Shown piece by piece: positions 1 through 14,890 of a stretch of 64,000 nucleotides of DNA. Location: NCBI RefSeq assembly GCF_009914755.1, contig NC_060943.1, one strand, 5' to 3'. The notes below the pieces were generated by a model. The model was not told the DNA's origin. It was given only the letters and a program-made list of their open reading frames with translations, and searched no databases. The position numbers and the translations under genes are program-made. The stretch is from the human T2T-CHM13v2.0 reference genome, Homo sapiens. The stretch's first letter is position 1. Each line of letters begins with the position of its first letter.

Positions 1-910
1 TGAATTCATTTTTCTGGGTCTCTCTGATTCTCAGGGACTCCAGACCTTCCTATTTATGTTGTTTTTTGTATTCTATGGAGGAATCGTGTTTGGAAACCTT
101 CTTATTGTCATAACAGTGGTATCTGACTCCCACCTTCACTCTCCCATGTACTTCCTGCTAGCCAACCTCTCACTCATTGATCTGTCTCTGTCTTCAGTCA
201 CAGCCCCCAAGATGATTACTGACTTTTTCAGCCAGCGCAAAGTCATCTCTTTCAAGGGCTGCCTTGTTCAGATATTTCTCCTTCACTTCTTTGGTGGGAG
301 TGAGATGGTGATCCTCATAGCCATGGGCTTTGACAGATATATAGCAATATGCAAACCCCTACACTACACTACAATTATGTGTGGCAACGCATGTGTCGGC
401 ATTATGGCTGTCGCATGGGGAATTGGCTTTCTCCATTCGGTGAGCCAGTTGGCCTTTGCCGTGCACTTACCCTTCTGTGGTCCCAATGAGGTCGATAGTT
501 TTTATTGTGACCTTCCTAGGGTAATCAAACTTGCCTGTACAGATACCTACAGGCTAGATATTATGGTCATTGCTAACAGTGGTGTGCTCACTGTGTGTTC
601 TTTTGTTCTTCTAATCATCTCATACACTATCATCCTAATGACCATCCAGCATCGCCCTTTAGATAAGTCGTCCAAAGCTCTGTCCACTTTGACTGCTCAC
701 ATTACAGTAGTTCTTTTGTTCTTTGGACCATGTGTCTTTATTTATGCCTGGCCATTCCCCATCAAGTCATTAGATAAATTCCTTGCTGTATTTTATTCTG
801 TGATCACCCCTCTCTTGAACCCAATTATATACACACTGAGGAACAAAGACATGAAGACGGCAATAAGACAGCTGAGAAAATGGGATGCACATTCTAGTGT
901 AAAGTTTTAG
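1..910 (+). CDS. OR4F17: Olfactory receptor family 4 subfamily F, intact ORF, 5'-truncated by the window edge
   Basis: The frame is open from position 2 (EFIFLGLSDSQGLQTFLF) into ORF 56..910. It has the OR motifs [34 protein letters not shown] and PLLNPIIYTLRN, and ends at TAG 908-910. Residues DSQGLQ, MAVAWG, HLPFCG, QHRPLD and AIRQLR fit OR4F17 better than OR4F5 or OR4F4 as I recall them. The paralogs are near-identical, so the family is certain and the symbol less so. Confidence 0.85.
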   Translation, partial: EFIFLGLSDSQGLQTFLFMLFFVFYGGIVFGNLLIVITVVSDSHLHSPMYFLLANLSLIDLSLSSVTAPKMITDFFSQRKVISFKGCLVQIFLLHFFGGSEMVILIAMGFDRYIAICKPLHYTTIMCGNACVGIMAVAWGIGFLHSVSQLAFAVHLPFCGPNEVDSFYCDLPRVIKLACTDTYRLDIMVIANSGVLTVCSFVLLIISYTIILMTIQHRPLDKSSKALSTLTAHITVVLLFFGPCVFIYAWPFPIKSLDKFLAVFYSVITPLLNPIIYTLRNKDMKTAIRQLRKWDAHSSVKF

Positions 911-2992
911 ATCTTATATAACTGTGAGATTAATCTCAGATAATGACACAAAATATAGTGAAGTTGGTAAGTTATTTAGTAAAGCTCATGAAAATTGTGC
1001 CCTCCATTCCCATATAATTTATTAATTGTCTAGGAACTTCCACATACATTGCCTCAATTTATCTTTCAACAACTTGTGTGTTATATTTTGGAATACAGAT
1101 ACAAAGTTATTATGCTTTCAAAATATTCTTTTGCTAATTCTTAGAACAAAGAAAGGCATAAATATATTAGTATTTGTGTACATCTGTTCCTTCCTGTGTG
1201 ACCCTAAGTTTAGTAGAAGAAAGGAGAGAAAATATAGCCTAGCTTATAAATTTAAAAAAAAATTTATTTGGTCCATTTTGTGAAAAACATAAAAAAAGAA
1301 CTGTCACATCTTAATTTAAAAAATATATGCTTAGTGGTAAGGAGATATATGTCAACTTTTAAGAGGTTGAAAAACAAACGCCTCCCATTATAAGTTTATA
1401 CTTCACCTCCCACCACTATAACAACCCAGAATCCATGAGGGCATTATCAGGAGTGAGTGGAAGAGTAAGTTTGCCAATGTGAAATGTGCCTTCTAGGTCC
1501 TAGACATCTGTGGTATAACTGCTCATAAGCAGTAGAAAGAATTTAGAGGGATCCAGGCTCTCATCACGTTGGCACAAAGTATATTACTTGGATCCATCTA
1601 TGTCATTTTCCATGGTTAATGTTTAAAACCACAGGCTTTAAAGTAAAAAACAAAGAGCTGGATTCAACTCTACTGACTCTTATTAATCATGATTTTGGGC
1701 ACATTACGTAGCTTTCATGAGCTTTAGTTTCTACATTTATAAACAGGAGATTATACCTATTATGCACGGTTATTATGAAGGAAAATGACAAAATAGATAT
1801 AAATCAAATAGCCCACTTCGAGACATATTAAGCATGAATAAACATTAGATACTATTAAAATCCTATATATTAACAAAGCCAAAAGTTTCAAACTTTACTT
1901 TTTCCCAACATTCTTGTGAAATATGACACATCCCAATCTTAACAGATGCTCATTTGGGATACTGTACTTGTGAGTGGAAGTGTGTATATTTGTGTGCAAG
2001 TGTGTACTCATATACTTCCACCTTACCACCCTAGAAAGGCATGATGAAAATTTAAGATAGAAGGAAAATATAAATTGAAAAAAAAAAACCTTAACAAATG
2101 ATTCTGACAAATATCTTCTCTTTCCAGGGAGAATCACTGAGCCAGAATAAAATTGAACACTAAATATTCTAAGAAAAAAGGAATCTAGTTTGTCAAAATG
2201 TGACTTGAATTAATAGATAAGGAGAGTCAGATGATAAGAGGGTCAAAATTATGTTTATCTTAGGAAAAGTAGAATAGAAAATTTATAAGCAGATTAAAAA
2301 CACATAATAAAAGTAGTAAATAATAATGACAGTATCTCAAATCAGTGCAGGGGGGAAAGGCCTACTAATGTGATGGTGGGATAATTGGATAGCAATATGG
2401 GAAAAGATATATTTAATTTATTTGCTACACCAAATGCCAGGACAATCTCTAAGTGAATTCAAGACATAACTCTTTTTTCAAAAAAACTATGCAAATATTA
2501 AAAGAAAACAAGTTAATGTTTTTATAATCTATGAATATGGTAAAGATGGATAACATTGACTATCAAATTAATTTTTAATGCGTAATAAAACTATGAGAAA
2601 ATTTAAAAGTGAGAAGAAACTACTTGTAACTCACATAATAGACTAGTACTTCTAACACATAGGGAACTTCTAAAACAAAACCCAAAATATTAATAGGAAA
2701 ATGGGCAAAACAGTTAAACTTACAGTTCATACATAAGGAGAATCAGTCTTTTTTTTTTTTTTTTACAGTTGTAGGCAGAAAACTTTTATTTTTCATTTAT
2801 TTGTAAAATTTACCCCTAATTTATTCATAATTCATTTAACTGCTAAGGGCATTAATGTGTACAACGCCATGGGAGAAACCAGTATATTCAGAATTTCTCC
2901 TGAAATTTGACCAGAAGTTATGGACATCCCTCCCCTGGGAAGGAGGCAGGCAGAAAAGTTTGGAATCTATGTAGTAAAATATGTTACTCTTT

Positions 2993-3044
2993 TATATATA
3001 TACATATATGTGTGTATATGTGTATATATATATACACACATATA

Positions 3045-3074
<30 letters not shown>
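2993..3074. repeat. (TA)n/(TG)/(TACA)n compound microsatellite
   Basis: Directly visible tatatata...tacatacatacataca. Confidence 0.9.
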
Positions 3075-3075
<1 letters not shown>

Positions 3076-3097
3076 TATCTGAATTAGGCCTGGTCTT

Positions 3098-3805
3098 TTT
3101 TAATACTTTAAGTTCTGGGATACATGTGCAGAATGTACAGGTTTGTTACACAGGTATACACGTGCCATGGTTGTTTGCTGCACCCATCAACTCACCATCT
3201 ACATTAGGTATTTCTCCTAACGTTATCCCTCTCCTTGCCTCCCACCTCCCGACAGGCCCTGGTGTGTGATATTCCCTTCCCTGTGCCCATATGTTCTCAT
3301 TGGTCAACTCCCATTTATGAGTGAGAACATGCGGTGTTTGGTTTTCTGTTCTTGTGTTAGTTTGCGGAGAATGATGGTTTCCAGCTTCATCCATGTCCCT
3401 GCAAAGGACATGAACTCATTCTTTTTTATGGCTGCAAGAAATGCAAATCAAAACCACAATGAGATGCCATCTCACACCAGTTAGAATGGCAATCATTAAA
3501 AAGTCAGGAAACAATAGATGCTGGAGAGGATGTGGAGAAATAGGAATGCTTTTACACTGTTGGTGGGAGCGTACATTAGTTCAACCATTGTGGAAGACAG
3601 TGTGGTGTTTCCTCATGGATCTAAAACTAGAAATACCATTTGACCCAGCAATCCCATTACTGGGTATATACCCAAACGATTGTAAGTCATTCTACTATAA
3701 AGACACATGCACAGGTATGTTTATTGCAGCACTATTCACAATAGGGAAGACTTGGAACCAACCCAAATGCCCGTCAATGTTAGACTAGATAAAATGTGGC
3801 ACATA
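3098..3805 (-). mobile_element. L1PA (about L1PA7 age), 5'-truncated, with 5' inversion (twin priming)
   Basis: The L1 3'UTR runs on the - strand at 3098-3436 and an ORF2 C-terminal segment runs on the + strand at 3437-3805. TSD ag(g/a)cctggtctt at 3086-3097 and 3805-3816. Confidence 0.85.
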
Positions 3806-3924
3806 GACCTGGTCTTAAAATCAAGAACAGAGATTGTTACTTTTACATCCATTCCTAATTGATAAACCATTCAGTTATACCACATCTTAGCTTCTGGACT
3901 ACAATGACCATATTTGGGGTTTTC

Positions 3925-4586
3925 TTTCTAATTTCATTATAGGTTCAGAGGGTACATGTGCAGGTTTGAGACAAAGGTATATTGCATGATACTAAGGTTT
4001 GGAGTACAAATGATCCCACCTCCCAGGTAGCAAGAATAATACCCAATATGTAGTTTTTCAACTCTTTCCCCTCTTCCTCCATCCTCCCTCTGCTACTCTG
4101 TGGTGTCTGTTTTTCTCATCTTTATGTCCATGTGTACTCGATGTTTAGCTCCCCCTTGTAGGTGAGAACATGTGGTATTTGGTTTTCTGTTTCAGTGTTA
4201 ATTCACTTAGGATAATGGCCTCCAACTGCATTCATGCTGCTGCAAAGGATGTGACTTTCTTCTTATTAGCTGCATATATTTTGTGGTGGATTTGTACCAC
4301 ATTTACTTTATCTAGTCCAAAGTTGTTGGGCACCCAGGTGGATTCCATGTCTTTGCTATTGTGAATAGCACTGGGACAACCCATACAAGTTCATGTGTCT
4401 TTTTGGTAAAACAATGTATTTTCCTTTGGGCATATATGCGGTGATGGAATTGCTGGATCGAGTGGTAGTTTAACTCTTAGTTCTTTGAGAAATCCCCAGA
4501 CTGTTCTCCACAGTGGCTGGACTAAGTTGCATTCCCACCAGCAGTGTAGAAGTGTTCCCCATTCTCTGTAGCCTCACCAGCACATG
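3925..4586 (-). mobile_element. Older L1 3' end (L1PA15-16/L1PB-like)
   Basis: Diverged antisense L1 3'UTR/ORF2 end (ggtacatgtgcaggtttg ... ggtgagaacatgtggtatttgg ... cctcaccagcac). Confidence 0.7.
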
Positions 4587-4754
4587 TTAAACTATCTTTA
4601 AATATATGAAAAAAATGTTCAAGTCTCTCAGATTAAGATGCATGCAAAGTAAAATGATACTTAAATATCAGTTCTAACCTATAAAATATCAAATATCTGA
4701 CCTCAATATTTGATAATCCAACCTGTTGATGAAGCTGTAGAGAGAGGCACTCTT

Positions 4755-7687
<2,933 letters not shown>

Positions 7688-7802
7688 CTTTTGGTCTAGC
7701 AATCCTACTTCTATCCTAAAGATATATTGGCAAAAATACAAAATAATTGATGCACACAAGTCTATTCATTGAAGCATTGTTTTTCATAGTAAACGGAAAG
7801 TA

Positions 7803-8106
7803 GGCCGGGCGTGGTGGCTCATGCCTGTGATCCCAGCATTTTGGGAGGCTGAGGCGGGCAGATCACTTGAGGCCAGGAATTCAAGACCAGCGTGGCTAAC
7901 ATGGCGAAACCCCATCTCTACCAAAAATACAAAAATTAGCTGGGCGTGGTGGTGCACACTTGTAATTCCAGCTACTTGAGAGGCTGAGGTGGGAGGATCG
8001 CTTGAACCTGGGAGGCAGAGGTTTCAGTGAGCCCAGAACGTGCCTCTGCACTCCAGCCAGGATGACAGAGCAAGACTCCATCTCAAAAAAAAAAAAAAAA
8101 AAAAAA
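7803..8106 (+). mobile_element. AluS (Sx/Sz-like), full length
   Basis: ggccgggcgtggtggctc start, dimeric structure with A-rich linker, poly-A at 8085-8106. Confidence 0.92.
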
Positions 8107-9110
8107 GGAAAATAACCAAATGACAATTAGTGAGTACTACTTGCAAAACTTGTACGCAATAGAGTATGAAGCAACTATAAAATGAGAGAGAAATATCTCC
8201 AAATACTACTCTAAAGTAATCTACAAGGTATACCTTAACTGAAAAGAAACAAAAAAGTGACACCAGAATGCTATTTTTATGTTAAAACAGGGATAAATAC
8301 ATTGGATTTACATGCATATATAAGTATATATTTTATAAATGTTTAAATAAGCATACTTAAAATGGCAAAAACATAATACATATATAATTTTCTTATGGCA
8401 GGAGGAGGAAACAGGGCAAGGCACAGGGATAAAAGTTATTCTGAATACATCTTATTTTATATTTTTGACTTTGAAATCATGTAGCTGTTTTATGTAATAT
8501 AAAAATGTAATTAAATTAACAGAAAAAAATTACAACTGCTAAAAATCAAGATCTGGCTTTTTAATTAAGTTATAAAACATCGGAGAAAAGAATTGTTTCA
8601 TGGGACACTAACATACAGACAAATTCATTTGGAACCCAATGAATTAATGGGCCTAAGATAACAACCAATAGAAGCTAAAATGACGAATAACTGTTTCAGA
8701 AGAAAACATATATGGAATGAATCAGCTGAAAATACCTGAACCTACTGATCAATTTTTATATGTCACATGAAGTGAATACACATAAAGTATAATATGGAGC
8801 ACATAGAACCAACTAGAAATGAGCCTAATTGGTAAATATTCTCTATTTTATGACAATATACAGGAAATATGTCGAAGAGAGAAACATGCAAGAACACCGT
8901 AGGGTTTAATAAGATAATCACAAGGTATGGAATATTCAACAGGATGAATATCCTGGATTATTCAGCAAATACACAGAGCTAAAAAGCAGGAGAAAGGAAT
9001 TCATATATATTTTTAAAAACTAAAAAGATATATTAGCTGATGCAACTTTGAAACTTCTTTAGATCCTGATTCAAATAGAGCAAATTTAACAAATATATTT
9101 GAAACTATTA

Positions 9111-9344
<234 letters not shown>

Positions 9345-9379
9345 CTAATTTTAAAAAATATATATTTCTTCTAAATTCT

Positions 9380-9803
9380 CCACCTGAAAGATATAGACTG
9401 ACTGAATGAATTTTAACTATGATCTGACTATGTGCTTCCCTGAACAAATGCACTTTACCTGTAAAACACATATTAACTAAAAGAAAAGAGATGGAAAAAG
9501 GTATTCCATGAACAGAAACCAAAATGAGTAGGAGTAGCTATACTTCTGTCAGACAAAACAGACTTTAAGTCAAAACTAGCTTTAGAAAAAAGACAAAAAT
9601 GCTTATTATACAACGATAAAGGAATCAATCCAGAAAGAGGATATAACAATTTTAAATATATATGCAGCCAACACTGGAGCAGCCAGATTCATAAAGCAAA
9701 TACTACTAGATCAAAACAGAGAGGTAGACTCAAATATAATAATAGTGAAGGACTTCAACACCCCACTTTCAGCATTAAACAGATCATCTAATAAGAAAAC
9801 CAA
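9380..9803 (+). mobile_element. Old L1M ORF2 endonuclease-region fragment
   Basis: Degenerate EN coding motifs (tcagacaaaacagactttaag, gacttcaacaccccactttcagca = DFNTPLS). Confidence 0.7.
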
Positions 9804-9804
9804 T

Positions 9805-10762
9805 CTCGCAGCCCTCACCCTGGAGAGTCCACAGGGACCAGGGGTTGGTCTGAACCCCCAGCACAGAGCACCTGCCTCACAGAAGAGTGGCTGCATTTTT
9901 CTTCCTGCAGTTTTCAGTCCTCACTTCTCCTTACCAAGCAGGGCCGCCTGGCCTGGGACTCCTGTACAACTACCCTGCCCCCCACCTGACCACTTCAATA
10001 AGAAGTAGCCCAGCATTTCTCCAAGGAGGAAATACCAGAGTCAATTCACAACCACTGCAATTGTAGTGGTACCACCATAACAGCCCTTGGGCTGCAGAAG
10101 GAACTAAGAGTCTAATCACTACAGTGGCACCTTCAGCACACCACAGCCACCATACAGAGAGGAATCCAGCCCCCTCCCCTGGGAACCCCCACCACCCACT
10201 CCACCAGGCACAGCACCCAGCTCATAACTGCAGATCAGTTGCCCCACCCACAGCTGAGCTTACCTACTGGCAGTGGCCCAGACTTTCCCTAGGGAGAGGC
10301 TCCCAGAGGCAAACGGCAGCCTCTCTGCCCCTGTCACAGCAGCAGTTCTATCCATGCTGTCCTCAGGCTTGGAAAGAAACAAAGCGCCTGAAGGCTGCAC
10401 CTGAACTTACAGCATGCCACAGTTCCCATATGGAGAGGAGACCAGTCTCTTCTCCCAGTGAGCCCTAAACCCCCTGATCCCCAACAAGCAGAGCCCTAAC
10501 CTCACACCAGCAGTACAGCTGCTCCATCCCCCAGGCTGAACATTCCCAGTAATAGCAGCTCCACCTGGAGATGGAGCCCCCAGGGTCAACCAAAAGCCCC
10601 TCTGCCACTGCCTCTACAGTGGTACTACCCCTGCTACCCTTGAACTAACAAAGGAGCAAAGACCCCAGTGCTTTATCCACACCTCCAACAAGCTGCAGTC
10701 GACCACAAAGAAGAAACAAGTCTGTCTCCCATGGGTCCTACCCACACCCCCTGCTGTTCACC
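9805..10762 (+). mobile_element. Probable old L1 5'UTR segment (L1PB/L1PREC2-like)
   Basis: C-rich, GC-elevated block between L1 ORF2 pieces, with composition typical of old L1 5' ends. Not verified by alignment. Confidence 0.45.
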
Positions 10763-11540
10763 ATGAATGATAGAGTCAACAGTGTGAAAACGACCATACT
10801 GCCAAAAGCAACCTACAAATTCAATGCAATTCCCATCAAAATACCACCATCATTCTTCACAGAACTAGAAAAAACAAGGCTAAAATTCACATGGAACCAA
10901 AAAAGAGCCCACATAGCCAAAGCAAGACTAAGCAAAAAGAATAAATCTAGAGGCATCACATTACTCGACTTCAAACTATACTATAAGGCCATAGTCACCA
11001 AAACAGCATGGTACTGGTATAAAAATAGGCATATAGACCAATGGAATAGAATAGAGAACCCAGAAATAAAGCCAAATACTTTCAGCCAACTGATCTTTGA
11101 CAAAGCAAGCAAAAACATAAAGTGGGGAAAGGACACCCTATTCAACAAATGGTGCTGGTATAATTGGCAAGCCACATGTAGAAGAATGCAACTGGATCCT
11201 CATCTCTCACCTTATAAACAAATCAACTCAAGATGGTTCACAGACTTAAATCTAAGACCTGAAACCATAAAAATTCTAGAAGATAAGATTGGAAAAACCC
11301 TTCTAGACATTGGCTTAGGCAAAGACTTCACAATCAAGAACCCAAAAGCAAACACAACAAAGATAAATAGATGGGACTTAATTAAACTGAAAGCCTTCTG
11401 CACATCAAAATAAATAATCAGCAGAGTAAACAGACAACCCACAGAGTGGGAGAAAATCTTCACAAACTATGCATCCAACAGAGGACTAATATCCAGAATC
11501 TACAAAGAATTGGAACAAATCAGCAAGAAAAAAAACCAAA
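10763..11540 (+). mobile_element. L1PB-like ORF2 fragment
   Basis: ORF 10763..11413 translates as diverged ORF2p (FNAIPIKIP...[17 protein letters not shown]). Confidence 0.85.
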
Positions 11541-11708
11541 CACAAGGATGACAGTGGAAATACAAAAACAAGACATAAATATTCTGAATAGTGATAATAA
11601 AACAGTGCATACCAGAATACAAACTGTTTCCAAGTTACAATGGTTCAACCATTTTTCAGCTTTATGGTGGTGTGAAAGTGATATCCATTCATTAGAAACC
11701 ATGCTCCA

Positions 11709-12003
11709 GGATGGGCGCAGTGGGTCACGCCTGTAATCCTAGCACTTTGGGAGGCCGAGGAGGGCGGATCACAAGGTCAAGAGATCAAGACCATCCTGGC
11801 CAACATGGTGAAACCCCGTCTCTCCTAAAAATACAAAAATTAGCTGGGCATTGTGGTGCGTGCCTGTAATCCCAGCTATTCGGGAGGCTGAGGCAGGAGA
11901 ATCACTTGAACCAGGGAGTCGGAGGTGTTGCAGTGAGCCGAGATCGTGCCACTGCCTCCAGCCTGGCAACAGAGTGAGACTCCATCTCAAAAAAAAGAAA
12001 GAA
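11709..12003 (+). mobile_element. AluSc-like, full length
   Basis: Dimeric Alu with gatcacaaggtcaagagatc (Sc-type 2-bp deletion) and A tail. Confidence 0.88.
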
Positions 12004-12339
12004 ACCCGACTCCGAATTTTGAATTTTGATATTTTCCTGGACTACCAATATGTGGCACAATGCTCTCTCACAATGTTGTGCAACAGCGGTGAGCTGCAGC
12101 TTCCAGTCAGCCAAATGATAATAAAGGTAGATAATCCATCTTGATATCTTCCTGAAGAACATAATGCCTGCCTACCATCAACAGGCATCAATACTTTCTA
12201 CCAGCTATTCTCAACCCTCATGATCGGAAGAGACAGAGACTGACTGTGTCAAAGTATTAGTCCCATCATTCAGCAATTAACCTTAGCTCAATGCTTCAAA
12301 AATTCTTCAGGCCCTGTGTAATTTCAGCTACGTACATTA

Positions 12340-12599
12340 ATGATAAGTACCCATACAACCATTCTGTTTCTTATTTTCAGTACCATATTTAATAAATATC
12401 AGTTATTCAATACTTTATTTAGACATTTTGTTAGATTATTTTGACCAACTGAAGTCTAATCTAAATGTTCTGAGCATGTTCAAAGTAAGCTAGGCCAACC
12501 TATAATTTTCGGTGTGCTAAATGCATTTTTAACTTATGATATTTTCAGTTTACGGGGGTTTGTTGAGACATAACTTCATCATACATCAAGGAGCATCTG
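12340..12599. mobile_element. Tigger5/MER47-like DNA transposon fragment
   Basis: Ends in ...caaggagcatctg followed by TA, matching the MER47 terminal inverted repeat and the TA target. Internal aaatgcatttttaacttatgatattttc also matches. Confidence 0.6.
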
Positions 12600-13649
12600 T
12601 ATATGGGATACAGTTAAAGCAGTGATCAGAGGAAAATCTATAGCCTTAACACATTTATTAATAAAAGTGTAGGAATTAAATTATCAGCTGAAAAATGTAA
12701 AAAGTATCTAAAAGAGTAAGCAGAAAGTACAAGAAAGAACCCAAAGTAGAAAAAAGTGAAAATTAATAAAATAAGAAGCCAAAAAACAGATCAAATCAGT
12801 AAACCAAAAATCTTGTTCTTTAAACAAATCAACAAAGTTGACAAAAAAATTAGATCTTTTAATCATGAATAAAAAAAAAGAGAAAGCACAAAAATGAATA
12901 AGGAATGGTGAGAGAAATAACTATTGATAATCAGCAAATAAAAAATCATTAAAAACAATGTTGTTCACATCTATGAAAAACATTGAAAGCTAGAGGGAAT
13001 GGGTAATTTTCTAGAAAAATACAATTCACCACAACTGACTTCAAAAAAAAAAAAAAGAAGTACAGCACTTATGTGAGCAATTTCCATAGAGAAATACAGT
13101 TGTCATGGAATTATAACACACACACAAACACTAGGTTTAGATGTTTTCACGGAGAATTCCACCAAACCTTTAGAAATCAGATCGTCCAAAGGCAAATTAA
13201 CAACCCTCAGCCATTTGCGGCAAAATATTACAATTGAGGCAAGATATACTGTACTGAAAACTTGAGGAAAAAGCAGGAGAGAAAGTTCCTTTGGGAAATT
13301 CGAATACTCAAAAGTGCTTACATACAATGAAAAATTTGGAAATCCATAAGCATGGCCAAGGTGGGACACATGCTCAGAAAAGGCCTGAGAAGACACTAAT
13401 AACTCACCTTTAGTAATTCCTAGGCTCACAGCAAGAAAAAATGAAGGCTAAGGCAGAATTATACATGGCTCCGCTAAGTGTTGAGGGAGCCCCAATACAG
13501 AGTCAGTAAGCAAAGTCTGGGAGATGTTTTTCCTATTTTTTTCTTTTTTGGCTACTTGCAGTCAAGGAAATCATTTTTAAATCACTAAATGCTAAATGAA
13601 CACAAGCTAAAGGAACCGAGCCGCCTTCAAACATCAAACATAAAAAAGA

Positions 13650-14834
13650 ATGCAGATATTACAAAACCAGTTTACAAAAGTTACTAAACAAATAAAAACT
13701 ACATCCCACAGTGGGTAACAAAAATAACCTTGAAGAAGGGAAAAATTTGGTTTCCAGAATAAACACATTATAATATCCAAAATGTCCAGTTTTCAACAAA
13801 AATTAAGAAGCATGCAAATAAACACAAAACTATGGCCCATTTACAGAAGAAATAAATGAGACTCTCCCTGAGTAAGCAGATATTGGAAATATTAGACAAA
13901 AACTTTATATAACTGTCTTAAATAAACTTAAAGAGCTAAAGAAACCCAAGAGAATGACATATAAATAAATAAGAAATATGAATTTTTTAAAAGGTACAAA
14001 AAAATTCTGAGGCTGAAAAGTACAATAACTAATTAAAAAGTTACTTTTTACTTAGGGTTCCAATAGAAGATTTGAGCAGCTGGAAAAAAGAATCAGTGAA
14101 CTTGATAGATCAAGTGAAATGATTCAGTCTGAAGAGCAGGAAAATGAAAGAATGACAACAAAAAAGAATAGAGCCTAAAGACCTGTGTAACAACATCAAG
14201 AATGCCTACATACAGAATCCTGGTGGGGAGTGAGGGGCAGGAAGACTATTTGAAGAAATGTGTTTGAAAGCTTCCCAAATTTCACTAAAAACAAATATAT
14301 ACATTCAAAAAGCTCAGTGAACTTCATCAAGGAAATATACAAAGATATTCACACCAAGACACACTATGTTTCAAATTGTCAAAAGGCAAAGCGAATGTTT
14401 GAAAGCAGCAAGAGAAAGGCAACGCGTCATTTACAAAGGATCCTCAATAAGTTTGACAGCAGATAGTGCATTATAATCCATGGATGCCAGAAGAGCTTAG
14501 GAAAAAGGCAATGCATCATTTACAAAGGATCCTCAGTAAGTTTGACAGCAGAGAGCTCATGATAAACCATGGGTGCCAGAAGAGCTTAGAATGACATTTT
14601 AAAGTTCTGAAAGAAAAAAACACTGTCAACCAAAAATTCTGTAACTTGGAAGATGCCCCTTCAAGTATTAAGGATAAATTACACATTCCCAGATTAAAAA
14701 AAAAAAGAGAGAGAGAAAGAGAAAGAAAGAAAGAAGAGAGAGAAAGAAAGGGAGAGAAAGAAAAAGAAAGAAAGAAAGAAGAGAGAGAAAGAAAGGGAGA
14801 GAAAGAAAAAGAAAGAAAGAAAGAAAGAAAGAAA

Positions 14835-14890
<56 letters not shown>

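Noticed and set aside
2748-2768. Poly-T followed by ACAG as a splice acceptor
   Set aside because: There is no downstream exon, ORF or donor support; poly-T runs are common here.
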